From: Bacteroidota bacterium
GTDB taxonomy: Bacteria > Bacteroidota > Bacteroidia > NS11-12g > UBA955
Assembly: GCA_041192805.1 (NCBI GenBank)
Contig: JBEEMF010000069.1
Span: forward strand, 4,838-68,837
Direction: 5' to 3'
Length of the DNA: 64,000 bases
A program made the translations under genes and the position numbers. Positions 9,797 through 20,600 of the stretch are shown here, piece after piece; position 1 is the first letter of the stretch, and the number at the start of each line of letters is the position of its first letter. The notes beneath the pieces are model-generated. The model was not told the DNA's origin. It ran no database searches and worked only from the letters and a program-made list of their open reading frames with translations.

Positions 9797-9894
9797 GATT
9801 GAAAATACTTAAAAGAGCTGCAAATATACAATCATTCAAACTACTTTGCAAGCATCCCCACTTTTTTTTTCAATACGCAACACTATCTTTGGAA

Positions 9895-10422
9895 ATGATG
9901 ACCGACCAACCACAATATTCAGAAAAATCAGGCTTCCCCAGTTGGATATTTTGGTCTATCGCGGCAGTTGCGATTATACAGGCGACCATTCTACCCACCA
10001 TTTACTTATACGAGAAAATTGCCCACCCAACAGACAGCGAGCCATTGGATTGGTTCGGCTTGGCCATCTTCGGCGTGGTTGGCCTATTGATTTTCGTCAT
10101 CAAACTCCATGTAACCATCAACACTGAGGGCATCACTTACAAATACCCTCCCTTTCGCAACAAACCCACAACCCTCCCTTGGGAAAACATCAAATCCATT
10201 GAATTAATGAGAATCAACCCGCTGAAAGAATTTGGTGGTTGGGGACTACGTTATGGCAAACTCGGTACCGCCTATACAACCCGTGGCAGATACATCTTAC
10301 ACGTCGTACAGAATACAGGGAACCCCATCAACCTCACCATCGCTGCACCGAAAGACTTCGTCAAGGCAATTGCTCAACAAAACTGGCCCGTGACCCCAAA
10401 AATTCCAGAAAAAATAATATAA
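9895..10422 (+). CDS. Hypothetical membrane protein (two N-terminal TM helices, then a soluble, possibly PH-like domain)
   Basis: Start chosen at MMTDQPQYSEK. TM segments WIFWSIAAVAIIQATILPTIYLY and GLAIFGVVGLLIFVI, then ...GGWGLRYGKLGTAYTTRGRYILHV... The fold guess is weak. Confidence 0.45.
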   Translation: MMTDQPQYSEKSGFPSWIFWSIAAVAIIQATILPTIYLYEKIAHPTDSEPLDWFGLAIFGVVGLLIFVIKLHVTINTEGITYKYPPFRNKPTTLPWENIKSIELMRINPLKEFGGWGLRYGKLGTAYTTRGRYILHVVQNTGNPINLTIAAPKDFVKAIAQQNWPVTPKIPEKII

Positions 10423-11295
10423 TTACCCGTTGTAATACAACTCGCGAATCAGGCCATCCGCCAATCCAATTCTGGGCACACCTATCTCTGTAATATCCGC
10501 CCATTTTAAGATCGACGTGTATATCTGCAACGCAGGAACAATCACTTCTGCCCTTTCCTGTCGCAAATTAAACTCGTGCATCCTTTCGACCACAGATTGA
10601 TTACTCATCACTTTATAATAGTTGTCGAGCTGATTGACCGACAACGACTTACCATCCTTGGTTTTTGAGATCGAGAATAACTTATTGATATTCCCGCCAC
10701 TTCCAATAACCGTCAAATTTTTCACCCCTTTCACAGAGGATTTCACGGCCGCTTTCATCGAATTCCACACATCGTCGGATACCTGGCCTTGTAACATTCG
10801 TAATGTGCCAACGTTAAATGAATCTTGCAAAATTCGCTTACCCTCAGAATACATCGTAAGCTCTGTACTGCCGCCGCCTACATCCACATATAAACGTGTT
10901 TCATTGTCCAAATCCGACTCCATCATATGCGTATCGTAAATGATCGCAGCCTCCTCTTTTCCAGTGATAATATCAATCCGTAAACCCGTCTCCTCAAAAA
11001 TTGCATTCACCAACGCCTCTCCATTTTGGGCATCGCGCATCGCCGATGTAGCGCAAGCTCTGAAACGCTCCACGCCGTAAATATCCATAATCAACTGAAA
11101 TGCGCGTATACTCTTTTTTAAGGCCGATGCCTTTTCTTCGCCAATAAAGCCATCTTGAAACACATCAACCCCCAAACGAAGGGGGATTCGCAATAGAGTG
11201 AGCTTGGTAAAATCTACCGACTCGCGATACGGCACAGCCTCGGAAACCAACAGTCGAACTGCGTTGGAACCGATATCAATGGCTGCGAGATTCAA
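10423..11295 (-). CDS. ppx: Exopolyphosphatase / guanosine pentaphosphate phosphohydrolase (Ppx/GppA family)
   Basis: Starts MNLAAIDIGSNAVRLLV and contains ...DVGGGSTE..., the ASKHA-fold Ppx/GppA motifs. It overlaps ppk by 20 nt. Confidence 0.88.
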   Translation of the reverse strand: MNLAAIDIGSNAVRLLVSEAVPYRESVDFTKLTLLRIPLRLGVDVFQDGFIGEEKASALKKSIRAFQLIMDIYGVERFRACATSAMRDAQNGEALVNAIFEETGLRIDIITGKEEAAIIYDTHMMESDLDNETRLYVDVGGGSTELTMYSEGKRILQDSFNVGTLRMLQGQVSDDVWNSMKAAVKSSVKGVKNLTVIGSGGNINKLFSISKTKDGKSLSVNQLDNYYKVMSNQSVVERMHEFNLRQERAEVIVPALQIYTSILKWADITEIGVPRIGLADGLIRELYYNG

Positions 11296-13369
11296 TGGTG
11301 TATTCTTTATTTTTTAAATAGTCATGTATGGCAACTTGAGACCGAAGCCATGGCTCCCCTTCCTCAGGCACTACGTATTGATTGCTCAATGCAGCATCCA
11401 AAATTCGTGCTTTTTCATTCTCCTTTAGTTGGATGTTCATAATATGTGACAATTCTGTTTGAATCTCTTTATCGATGATGGGACAAGCCACCTCAACGCG
11501 ATGATCCAAATTCCTAACCATCCAATCAGCCGACGAAATAAAAACTTGCTTTTGCTCTTCTTCTCCAAAAATAAACACCCGGGCATGCTCTAAATATTGA
11601 TCCACAATAGAAATGGCTTGGGGTTGTTTTTTGAATGATTTTTGATCCATCACACCGCAGAAAATCCCGCGAACCACAAAGCTGCTCTTCACTCCCGCCT
11701 TTGCCGCATCATACAAATTATGAATCAACTGATCGTCACTTAAGCTATTCAGTTTCACCACCAATGAGCCCCCTTTCTTCCGCTTGCTCAACGAAATCTG
11801 CTTCAGGATTTGCGCTTGGAAAAATTTACGCATCGTAATCGGTGCGGGTATCAATGTCCTACAGCTTTTTAAGCCCGTAAGATTTGGAATGGGACGCTCC
11901 AAACAATCAAATATCCGATTGATATCCGCCATAATCTGACGGTTGGATGTCAGCAAACAATGATCCGCATATACCTTGGCCGTACTCTCATTCAAATTGC
12001 CCGTACTCACAAAACCAAATTGGGTGGTTCTATTAAACTCTCTGCGCTTAATGACACAGATTTTTGCGTGAATTTTCATCTCCGGCAGCCCTATATAAAC
12101 CCTCACGCCCTCCTCTTCCAATCGCTTCTTCCACATCATATTGGCTTCCTCATCAAAGCGCGCCTTCAACTCAATAACCACAGAAACTTGCTTCCCATTT
12201 CTCACAGCATTCACCAACGCATTGATTACCCTTGAATCTTTTGCCAATCGATACAATGTCACGCGAATACTAACAACTGCTGGATCGATGGCCGCTTCAC
12301 GCAACAAATCAATCACCGAATCAAAGGAATGATAAGGAAAATGCAACATCACATCTTTTTTAGAAATGACATCCATAATCCTACACGGCTGGGTCAACAG
12401 CGGATGAACAAAAGGCTTTGGACGAGAATTGATATCCGTAAAAACCTCCCGCGGGAAGTCCATAAAGTCTTTAAAATTGTGAATCCTACCCCCAGGAACC
12501 ATGTGGTCCTTCTTGTTCAAGCTCAATCGCTTCATCATAAACTCCAACAAATTCGCATCAATCTGCTTGTCGTATACAAAACGCGTTGCCTTTCCTTTTT
12601 TACGATTCTTGATACCCTTCTCCAAGTCATCAATCAAATTGGAATGAAAATCGTTATCCAAATCCAATTCCGCATCCCGCGTTACTTTGATCAGATGACC
12701 CATGAATTTATCAAATCCAAATGGCGCAAACAAATAAGGTAGATTGTACCGAACAATGTCTTCCAACAGAATCAAATCTTTGGTTCCTTTGGCCGATGGC
12801 AAAACCACCACGCGAGGCAAATCGCCAACGGGAATTTCAATTAGCGCGTAACGATGCATCATCGCCGATTGTGAATGTCCTAGAACGCAAGCCAAGTAAA
12901 CACTTCTGTCCCTAAGCAGAGGCATGCTTGGGATCGACTCAATCATTAAGGGTACGATCCGTGTGTGGAGTCGCTCTTCAAAAAATGTCTCAACAAATAT
13001 CTTTTGCTCTTTTGTGAGCTGCTTGTCGGTTTTGAAATGGATTTTCTTACCCTCCATGGCCACAACCAAGTCGCGATAAATCTTCTCGAATTGTTGTTGT
13101 TGGGTGAGCACGATCGACATAATGCTGGCGAGAATTTTTTCAGGATTCTCCTCCAAATGCATCTTCAACTTATTCCCCGCAGTCCTTGTCATCCGGTTCA
13201 GCGTTGCCACCCGAACACGAAAAAATTCGTCCAAATTGTTAGAAAAAATACCTAAAAATCGCAAACGATCGTAAATATGATTCTCCTCGTCTGCTGCTTC
13301 CTGTAAAACCCTGCCGTTAAACGCCAACCAACTAATATCCCTGTTAATTCCTTGCTTCTTTAAACCCAT
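11276..13369 (-). CDS. ppk: Polyphosphate kinase 1
   Basis: 697 aa beginning ...RDISWLAFNGRVLQEAADEENHIYDRLRFLGIFSNNLDEFFRVRVA..., a canonical PPK1 N-domain, with the PLD-like C-domains present. Confidence 0.93.
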   Translation of the reverse strand: MGLKKQGINRDISWLAFNGRVLQEAADEENHIYDRLRFLGIFSNNLDEFFRVRVATLNRMTRTAGNKLKMHLEENPEKILASIMSIVLTQQQQFEKIYRDLVVAMEGKKIHFKTDKQLTKEQKIFVETFFEERLHTRIVPLMIESIPSMPLLRDRSVYLACVLGHSQSAMMHRYALIEIPVGDLPRVVVLPSAKGTKDLILLEDIVRYNLPYLFAPFGFDKFMGHLIKVTRDAELDLDNDFHSNLIDDLEKGIKNRKKGKATRFVYDKQIDANLLEFMMKRLSLNKKDHMVPGGRIHNFKDFMDFPREVFTDINSRPKPFVHPLLTQPCRIMDVISKKDVMLHFPYHSFDSVIDLLREAAIDPAVVSIRVTLYRLAKDSRVINALVNAVRNGKQVSVVIELKARFDEEANMMWKKRLEEEGVRVYIGLPEMKIHAKICVIKRREFNRTTQFGFVSTGNLNESTAKVYADHCLLTSNRQIMADINRIFDCLERPIPNLTGLKSCRTLIPAPITMRKFFQAQILKQISLSKRKKGGSLVVKLNSLSDDQLIHNLYDAAKAGVKSSFVVRGIFCGVMDQKSFKKQPQAISIVDQYLEHARVFIFGEEEQKQVFISSADWMVRNLDHRVEVACPIIDKEIQTELSHIMNIQLKENEKARILDAALSNQYVVPEEGEPWLRSQVAIHDYLKNKEYTIESRSH

Positions 13370-13579
13370 AACGGAAATCTATCCAATGCAAAGATGATAG
13401 TTGTATTTGCGATTTAGAATTATTTCAAGAAGAATATATCATTACTTTAGTGTTAACAAATAGTGCTGTTATCTGTAAACGATTTGATAATATAAAATTG
13501 ATGTTAATACCCATTTTTGTTAGTCATAACAAAACATACCAACTGGTATTTTGAGGGCGTGAAATCTACTCCTAGAGAA

Positions 13580-14434
13580 ATGCAAGTTTGCATTCTAAGC
13601 GATTTGCATTTGGGCACATTTGGCTGCCATGCCGAAGAAATAAGCGATTACCTGCGAAGCATCAATCCGGAAATTTTAGTGCTCAATGGCGATATCATAG
13701 ATATTTGGCAGTTTAAGAAGTCGTATTTCCCACCCCAGCACATGCAAGTGATCCGGGATATCCTAAAACTGAATACCCAAGGGACTCAAGTGTACTACAT
13801 CACAGGAAACCACGATGAAGCGTTGCGCAGATATTCTGGCACTCAGTTGGGGAATATCAGACTGGATGACAAACTCATTTTGGAATTGGATGGCAAGAAG
13901 GTTTGGATTTTTCACGGTGACGTTTTTGATGCAACAACCAAAGGATCAGCACGATTATTGGCACAGCTCGGCGGCAAAGGCTACGATTTATTGATCTGGT
14001 TAAATCACAATATCAATTTACTCCTTTCACTGATGGGTCGGGAAAAAATGAGTCTTAGCAAAAAAGTTAAAGAAAGCGTAAAAAAGGCGGTTTCTTGGAT
14101 CAATAACTTTGAACAAACGGCGGCGGAGTTAGCCATCGAAGAGGGATACGACGTGGTTGTTTGCGGTCACATTCACCAGCCACAGCAAAGAATCATCAAA
14201 ACGGAAAAAGGTGAGGTAACCTATCTAAATTCTGGCGATTGGATCGAAAATCTCACGGCACTAGAATACAACGATGGTAATTGGAAAATTTACGAGCATC
14301 CCCAGCAAAATCGCAAAAAACTACCAAGGAGTACTGAGTATTTAACAGAACTGGAACGCCTTAAAAAACCAGAGATTCCTGATGTGCTTTCACACCACAT
14401 CGCAGCTTTTATTGCCACTAAAACTGCCATTTAA
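13580..14434 (+). CDS. Calcineurin-like metallophosphoesterase, LpxH-like (putative UDP-2,3-diacylglucosamine pyrophosphatase)
   Basis: Start chosen at MQVCILSDLHLG. Motifs ...VLNGDIIDIW..., ...YITGNHDE..., ...GHIHQP... are the LpxH/MPP signature. The 210-bp AT-rich region upstream is shared divergently with ppk. Confidence 0.75.
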   Translation: MQVCILSDLHLGTFGCHAEEISDYLRSINPEILVLNGDIIDIWQFKKSYFPPQHMQVIRDILKLNTQGTQVYYITGNHDEALRRYSGTQLGNIRLDDKLILELDGKKVWIFHGDVFDATTKGSARLLAQLGGKGYDLLIWLNHNINLLLSLMGREKMSLSKKVKESVKKAVSWINNFEQTAAELAIEEGYDVVVCGHIHQPQQRIIKTEKGEVTYLNSGDWIENLTALEYNDGNWKIYEHPQQNRKKLPRSTEYLTELERLKKPEIPDVLSHHIAAFIATKTAI

Positions 14435-14442
14435 TTCGTACC

Positions 14443-15591
14443 ATGAAGATTCTTTACGCCGTCCAAGCGACAGGTAACGGACATATTAGCAGGGCCTCTG
14501 AGATTCTGCCGATACTTCAAAAATATGGCACTGTCGACATTATGCTGAGCGGAAACAACGCCCATTTGCCGGTAAATCTGCCCGTAAAACACAAAAGCAA
14601 AGGATTGAGCTTGTTTTATCAATCGGGTGGTGGATTGCATTACTACCGCATGTTGAAGCAGTTGAACCCTTTTAGAATTTGGAACGACATTAAGCGATTA
14701 CCCTTAGATCAATACGATTTGGTCATCAACGATTTTGATCTCATCACTGCGATGGCGTGTAAATTGAAGGGCACGTTTAGTATTCAATTTGGTCACCAGG
14801 CCAGTTTTAATTATTCTGAAACGCCTCGACCCACTAAGAAATCGATGATTGGCGAATGGGTACTGAAGAATTTCGCACCGGCCAAATTAAATATTGGACT
14901 ACATTTCAAGCCTTATCACCCCAATATCCTTCCTCCCATTATCAAGGAGCACATTCGTCAGGCCCAGCCATCGAACCAAGGACATATCACGATTTACCTC
15001 GCCCAATACGGCCATGAAGAGATTTATAAGCAGGTCAAAAGTTTAACCCATCTAAAATTTCACATTTTCAGCAGCGGAATCAAAGAAAAGAAGACCATTC
15101 ACAATTGTCTTTTCTTCCCCTTGGGCAAAGAGTGCTTTTCCCATTCGATGATTCATGCAAAAGGAATTATCACTGGGGGTGGATTTGAAACGCCTGCCGA
15201 AGCTTTGTATTTAGGCAAGAAAATCATGGTCATCCCCATCAAAGGTCAGTATGAACAGGACTGCAACGCTGCTGCACTTCAAGAATTTGGAGCAGAAGTA
15301 ATCAACGAGATTGATATACATTTTGGCGCAACGGTAGACCGGTTTTTTCACGATTCCAGAGAAACCGCCCAGCGCTATTTCCAAGATTCAACCAACGAAG
15401 GAATTGTTGACCAGTTTATGTCGATCGCAATACAGGCAGTAAACACCCACAAAAACCAAGTACTAAGCGACCATAAAATCCAGATGCAGAAAACGCATCA
15501 AGAAACGCCGCTACCCGAAGCAACTGCATTTGATGGACTCATGAACACCAATTTCCCATCGGCATCTTCGGCCATCAATATCATGCCTTGA
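14443..15591 (+). CDS. GT-B glycosyltransferase, MurG/UDP-glucuronosyltransferase-like (GT28-like, 'MJ1255-type')
   Basis: MKILYAVQATGNGHISRASEI... is a glycine-rich N-terminal loop as in the MurG/MGT family. It starts 8 nt after the LpxH-like gene, so the two are probably co-transcribed. Its 3' end overlaps the metG 3' end by ~94 nt; the real stop could be earlier only if there is a sequencing error. Confidence 0.65.
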   Translation: MKILYAVQATGNGHISRASEILPILQKYGTVDIMLSGNNAHLPVNLPVKHKSKGLSLFYQSGGGLHYYRMLKQLNPFRIWNDIKRLPLDQYDLVINDFDLITAMACKLKGTFSIQFGHQASFNYSETPRPTKKSMIGEWVLKNFAPAKLNIGLHFKPYHPNILPPIIKEHIRQAQPSNQGHITIYLAQYGHEEIYKQVKSLTHLKFHIFSSGIKEKKTIHNCLFFPLGKECFSHSMIHAKGIITGGGFETPAEALYLGKKIMVIPIKGQYEQDCNAAALQEFGAEVINEIDIHFGATVDRFFHDSRETAQRYFQDSTNEGIVDQFMSIAIQAVNTHKNQVLSDHKIQMQKTHQETPLPEATAFDGLMNTNFPSASSAINIMP

Positions 15592-17651
15592 CTTTCGATG
15601 CCTCTCATTTTACGAGGGGATAAGTTTGCCAACAACAGGACCTGCTTACCCACCACTTCTTCGGGTGAAAAATGCAATGCGATACCTGAGACAACCGTGC
15701 GGGTTTCAGTGCCAACCTCCAAGGTGAGTTTCAACAATTTATCGGCTTTCTCCACTTTCTCGCAGGCCACTACGGTAGCCACGCGCAAATCGAGTTTCGC
15801 AAAATCATCGTAAGTCACTTCCGGCTTGTTTTCAGCCACAGTTTCCACCGCTGCATTCATATTTTTATCGTTTTCAATACCTGAATTATTGCTTTTTGAT
15901 GCAGATTCTGCAAGAACGGCCGCGGCATTCGCCGCGCCGGCTGCCAGCAGCTTAGAAATTTGAACCTCAATCACATCATCCTCAATCTTCTGAAATAACA
16001 GCCCCGGACTTCCCAATTGGTGTCCAGCCGACAACTCAAACCAAACTCCATCCACACCCTCGCCAGCCATCCAAAAATCCTTCCTTGTATTTGCATCCGG
16101 ATTCACCTGCAACTGGGCCAATAACCTTCCGCTCGCATCAGGCATAAACGGCTCCATTAACATGGCCATATTGTACAACACCTGAACCGCCTCACTCAAA
16201 ACCTGCGCTGTGCCATCCGCATCGGTCTTTATTAACTTCCATGGCTCATGATCGGCCAAATATTTATTGCCCAACCGCGCCAATTCCATCATCTTAAATT
16301 GGGCATCCCTAAATTGATACTGTCCCAATAATTTCACCACGGGCACAATATATTCATCCACCATCGGATGCTTCCCGCCTAACATCGCAGCGCGATCAAA
16401 CAAACTATACTTTTCCTGAATCGTTTCCACCGTTGGCATCACACCCTCATAGTATTTCTGCATCAAGACCAAAACGCGGTTGGCAAAATTGCCCATAATC
16501 CCCACCAACTCCGAATTCACACGGGTCTGATAATCCTTCCACGTAAACTCACTGTCCTTGGTCTCAGGCGCAATCGACGTTAACACATAACGCAACTCGT
16601 CCTTCCGATTCGGCATCTCCTCCAAATACTCATTCAACCAAACCGCCCAATTTCTACTTGTCGATATTTTCTGTCCCTCCAAATTCAAAAACTCATTGGC
16701 AGGCACCTGCTCCGGCAACACATACCCATCGCCGCGCAAATGCAACATCGCTGGGAATATGATACAATGGAACACAATATTATCCTTACCTATAAAATGA
16801 ATCAACCTAGAATCTCCCGTCCACCACTGCTCCCAATCATCGGGCCTCAACTCCTTGGTGGCCGAAATATATCCAATGGGCGCCTCAAACCAAACATACA
16901 ACACCTTTCCATCCGCACCTTCCAATGGCACCGGTACGCCCCACTCCAAATCTCTGGTCATGGCTCGCGGACGTAAACCTTCGTTCAACCAGCTCTTACA
17001 CTGACCTAAAACGTTGCTCTTCCAACCGCTTTTGCCACCAATCCATTCGTTCAAAAACGACTCCTGAATCTCATCCAACGGCAAATACCAGTTGATGGTT
17101 TCGCGCATCACGGGAACCGTTCCGCTCAACGCCGATTTTGGATTTAAAAGCTCCGTAGGACTTAACGTACTACCACATTTTTCACACTGATCGCCATAAG
17201 CCCCCTCGTTCTTACAAGAAGGACAAGTACCCACGATATATCGATCGGCCAAAAACTGACCCGCCTGCTCGTCAAAATATTGCTCCGAGCGAATCTCTCT
17301 AAAAACGCCTTTGTCGTATAAATTCTTAAAAAACGCCTGCGATAAATCCTTGTGCGTTTGATTCGATGTCCGAGAATAAATATCAAACGAAATCCCCAAA
17401 TCCCTAAAAGAATCGCCAATAATCTTGTGATATCGATCCACCACATCTTGAGATGTCACACCCTCTTTTCTCGCCCGCAAAGTAATCGGTACACCGTGCT
17501 CATCGCTTCCGCAAATAAACAAAACCTCCTCACCCCGCAATCGCTGAACACGGGCATGAATATCGGCCGGAATATAAACCCCCGCCAAATGTCCAATATG
17601 AACAGGGCCATTGGCATAAGGAAGTGCTGCGGTAATGGTAATTTTTGACAT
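15498..17651 (-). CDS. metG: Methionine--tRNA ligase with C-terminal EMAP/tRNA-binding domain
   Basis: MSKITITAALPYANGPVHIGHLAGVYIPADIHAR... contains the HIGH motif, the Zn knuckle CPSCKNEGAYGDQCEKCG, KMSKS-region homology, and the C-terminal ...LDLRVATVVACEKVEKADKLLKLTLEVG... tRNA-binding domain. Confidence 0.95.
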   Translation of the reverse strand: MSKITITAALPYANGPVHIGHLAGVYIPADIHARVQRLRGEEVLFICGSDEHGVPITLRARKEGVTSQDVVDRYHKIIGDSFRDLGISFDIYSRTSNQTHKDLSQAFFKNLYDKGVFREIRSEQYFDEQAGQFLADRYIVGTCPSCKNEGAYGDQCEKCGSTLSPTELLNPKSALSGTVPVMRETINWYLPLDEIQESFLNEWIGGKSGWKSNVLGQCKSWLNEGLRPRAMTRDLEWGVPVPLEGADGKVLYVWFEAPIGYISATKELRPDDWEQWWTGDSRLIHFIGKDNIVFHCIIFPAMLHLRGDGYVLPEQVPANEFLNLEGQKISTSRNWAVWLNEYLEEMPNRKDELRYVLTSIAPETKDSEFTWKDYQTRVNSELVGIMGNFANRVLVLMQKYYEGVMPTVETIQEKYSLFDRAAMLGGKHPMVDEYIVPVVKLLGQYQFRDAQFKMMELARLGNKYLADHEPWKLIKTDADGTAQVLSEAVQVLYNMAMLMEPFMPDASGRLLAQLQVNPDANTRKDFWMAGEGVDGVWFELSAGHQLGSPGLLFQKIEDDVIEVQISKLLAAGAANAAAVLAESASKSNNSGIENDKNMNAAVETVAENKPEVTYDDFAKLDLRVATVVACEKVEKADKLLKLTLEVGTETRTVVSGIALHFSPEEVVGKQVLLLANLSPRKMRGIESQGMILMAEDADGKLVFMSPSNAVASGSGVS

Positions 17652-17669
17652 GGAACTGCAAAGATACTT

Positions 17670-20600
17670 TTAGCGCGAATAAATCTGAAGGTATTTCTGC
17701 ACGCTTTGTTTGTAATAGGGCTTAAATGCCGGCTGAATCCTTCTCATCGATTCTCTTTCTTCCGCCTTCTTGCGCATCGCCTCCTTGATATTTTCCGGCA
17801 CCTCAGGAATATAATTCCCCGGATTATTCGATTCCCGCTTATCCTCTTGATCCTGCTTCCGATCCGCTTTTTCGTTTTCCAGCAAGCGCGTCATAATCTG
17901 CTTTTGCCTCTCAATCGACTGCGGAGTGATTTTCCCATTGACGATGTCTTTCTCCTGCTGCTCCATCATTTTTTCCACCTCCTGAAGTCCGTTCGATAGG
18001 CCCTGCTTTCCCTCCTGACCCAATTCTTTTCTCAGCTGCTCCACTTGTCTCCGCAACGCCTCCTGCATCAACGCCATTTTTGCCAAATCTTCATTCAGCG
18101 ATCGCTGTCCGTCCTGCGACGATTCGCCCTGTGAACCCGGTGTTTTTGGACTTCCCTGCTCTCCTTGTTTGCCCGACTCACCCGGCTTGCCTCGTTTCTG
18201 TTGTTGCATTTTTTGCAACTGCTCACCCAAGGCCTTCTGCGCATCAGACAATTTGCCACCTGGCTTCGGTTTCCCGTTCTTTCCTTTTCCGGATTTGTTG
18301 GGATTATTACAACTCTTATCGCCGTCCTTCTTTTGATCGCTCTGCATCTGCTGTTGCATACTTTGCAAACTCTCCATCAGCATATCCGCCAAATTATTCA
18401 ACCCCGTCATCACAAACTGCTCATGCACCGCCGCTCCACGAGAATTCCTAACCTTCATATTGTCCAACGCCATCCCCATTTGCACATTTACACGACTCAT
18501 TTCCTTGGTTACAAAATTGTCGATCATGGGCTGTCGTTTTGCCAAAGCCATCAAACTGTCCTCAATAAACATCAACGACTCCCGCAATCGCATTTGCTCC
18601 TTATTCAATGTCGCCAACCGAGGATTATCCGACGATAATTTGCGCAATTCCATGAAGTTCGCTTCCTGTCGGTTCGATGCATCAATCAAATTCTCCAACA
18701 AGGCCCTGAGGGTTTGATAGTCCTCCGCCGTGCGTTTCTTCTGCTGGTCCTCGAACGACTTCTGCATATTCTGCATCGCCTCTTTCATCTTTTGCGCGGA
18801 TTTTTTCATTTTCTCAGACGCCGCCGATTTCTTGTTATTCTGCAAATCTTGCGATGCTTTTTGCGCTTCATCCCCCGCCTCTTTGCGATCCTCTTCCCCT
18901 GTTTTTAACTCCATCGGCTTTTCGAGCTCCGCATTTTTCTCTTCCACATCCTTGATTTTCTTTTCGATGCTCTGCAATGCCTTATTCTGCTCGGCCTGGG
19001 CTTCTTTCAACGCTTCGGAAGCCTGACCGCCTTTTTCCTCTTTGGTTTTCTGCGCAAGATCTTCTTCCGTCTTTGCCCAATCCTCCATGCTTTTTGCCAC
19101 CGCATCCACCGCTTCTTCCAATTCCAACTGCTTCAACTGCTCCATGAGTTTGTCCATTTCCTTGGCGGTTTCTTGACTCATTTCGCTCAACTTCTGCATC
19201 GACTCCTTGAGTTGCTCTTTGTCGGCCTTCTGCTGAAGCAATCGCTGAATTTCATCAATCAGCTTTTGCATTTCTGGATTGTTCAACTGCTTTAATCGCT
19301 CGTTCAAGGCATCCTTTTTTTTCTGCAATTCTTGGGACTGTTCCCCCAGACGCTCCTTTTGCTTATTGACCTCCGATTGCTTTTTCTCCAGTTGTTTGAT
19401 TGTTTGAAGCATTTTCTGCTCCTCATTTAACCAATTCTTGATTTTATTCTCTTGGTCCCAACTCTGACCACTTTGTTGTAACGATTCTTGCAAACGCTTG
19501 GCTTCTTTTTGCAATTTTTCCAAATTTTTGACCGACTTGCTCATTCCTTGACCGATGCCCGCCTCTTGTTTTTCCAGTTGAGCCACCACTGCATCGTTGC
19601 TCGCCCTTTCCAACTTCTTAATGGGTGTTCGCATCACTTTCCCTCCGTGCACCGCGTCGTTATCCATGGCCGCCAATTGATATTCAATTGCATCGCCGGG
19701 CTGAATCCCCATCAAACCCAAATCCAAGGCATGAGTGAAAGAAATTTGCGATTCATTGCCAATGAACAAAGGCGTCCGCATCCAATTTGTATCGCCGGAA
19801 CGACCGTTTTTACGCAGAATTCTGTGATAAAAATGTACCGACCTAACCGCATAATCATCGCCCGATAAACCCATAAAATACCAAACACCCATCTTCACAG
19901 AATCTTCCAACGTCTCACATTGTATGTCGGGGAATAAATCCTTCTGAACTTCCAAACGACTCAGAAAAGTATCCATCGAAAGGCCTTGCTTTCCTCGCAT
20001 TCCAAAAACAAAACCCCCACTGCTGTTGGCACGGACCTTATATTGTTGTTGCTCTTTTGCTGTATTCAAATGATTGGTAGATTCTTGCCCTTTCGCCAAA
20101 TCCCCTTTTTCTCCCAGCCCGCCAATGGATGTCCACCTACCGCCAAAGGATTTCACCAACCACTGATTCACATATTTGCCTTTTAACTCATAGGTAACAA
20201 TGGTTCCTTCTGGTACTTCGAGCAACTCGGTAGAAGCGCATTCGCCATCAATTTTACCGGTATATTCTGGATAATCCGCCCACGCCGAAAGCGCTTGCCA
20301 TTGGGGAGGGTGATTGACATTCACGTGGTAATTTCCCAAATCAAAATCCATGGCGCGTATTGCAAAATCAAATTGGGCCTGAACGGAGGGGAACGTATAC
20401 TGAAAATGATTCGATTTGATTTTTTTAGCCCGAATGATCTGCTTGTCGATTAGAATTTCAATACTCTCCGGCAACACACTACCCTCCACCATGAAATTCA
20501 CAGTCAAATCTTTGCCTTGATCGGCAACCAATTCCGCCGGAGACAATTCCACCCGAAATGGCGCTTTGGGCACATATTCCGTTTGATAATGAAATACTCG

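Noticed and set aside
17706-20186. Many plus-strand ORFs of 60-160 aa (e.g. 18165..18638, 18730..19026, 19488..19868) inside the giant minus-strand gene
   Set aside because: They are antisense to a long, clearly coding minus-strand frame. Their amino-acid compositions (L/F/R/H-rich) are typical mirror-frame artefacts of a Q/K/E-rich gene.
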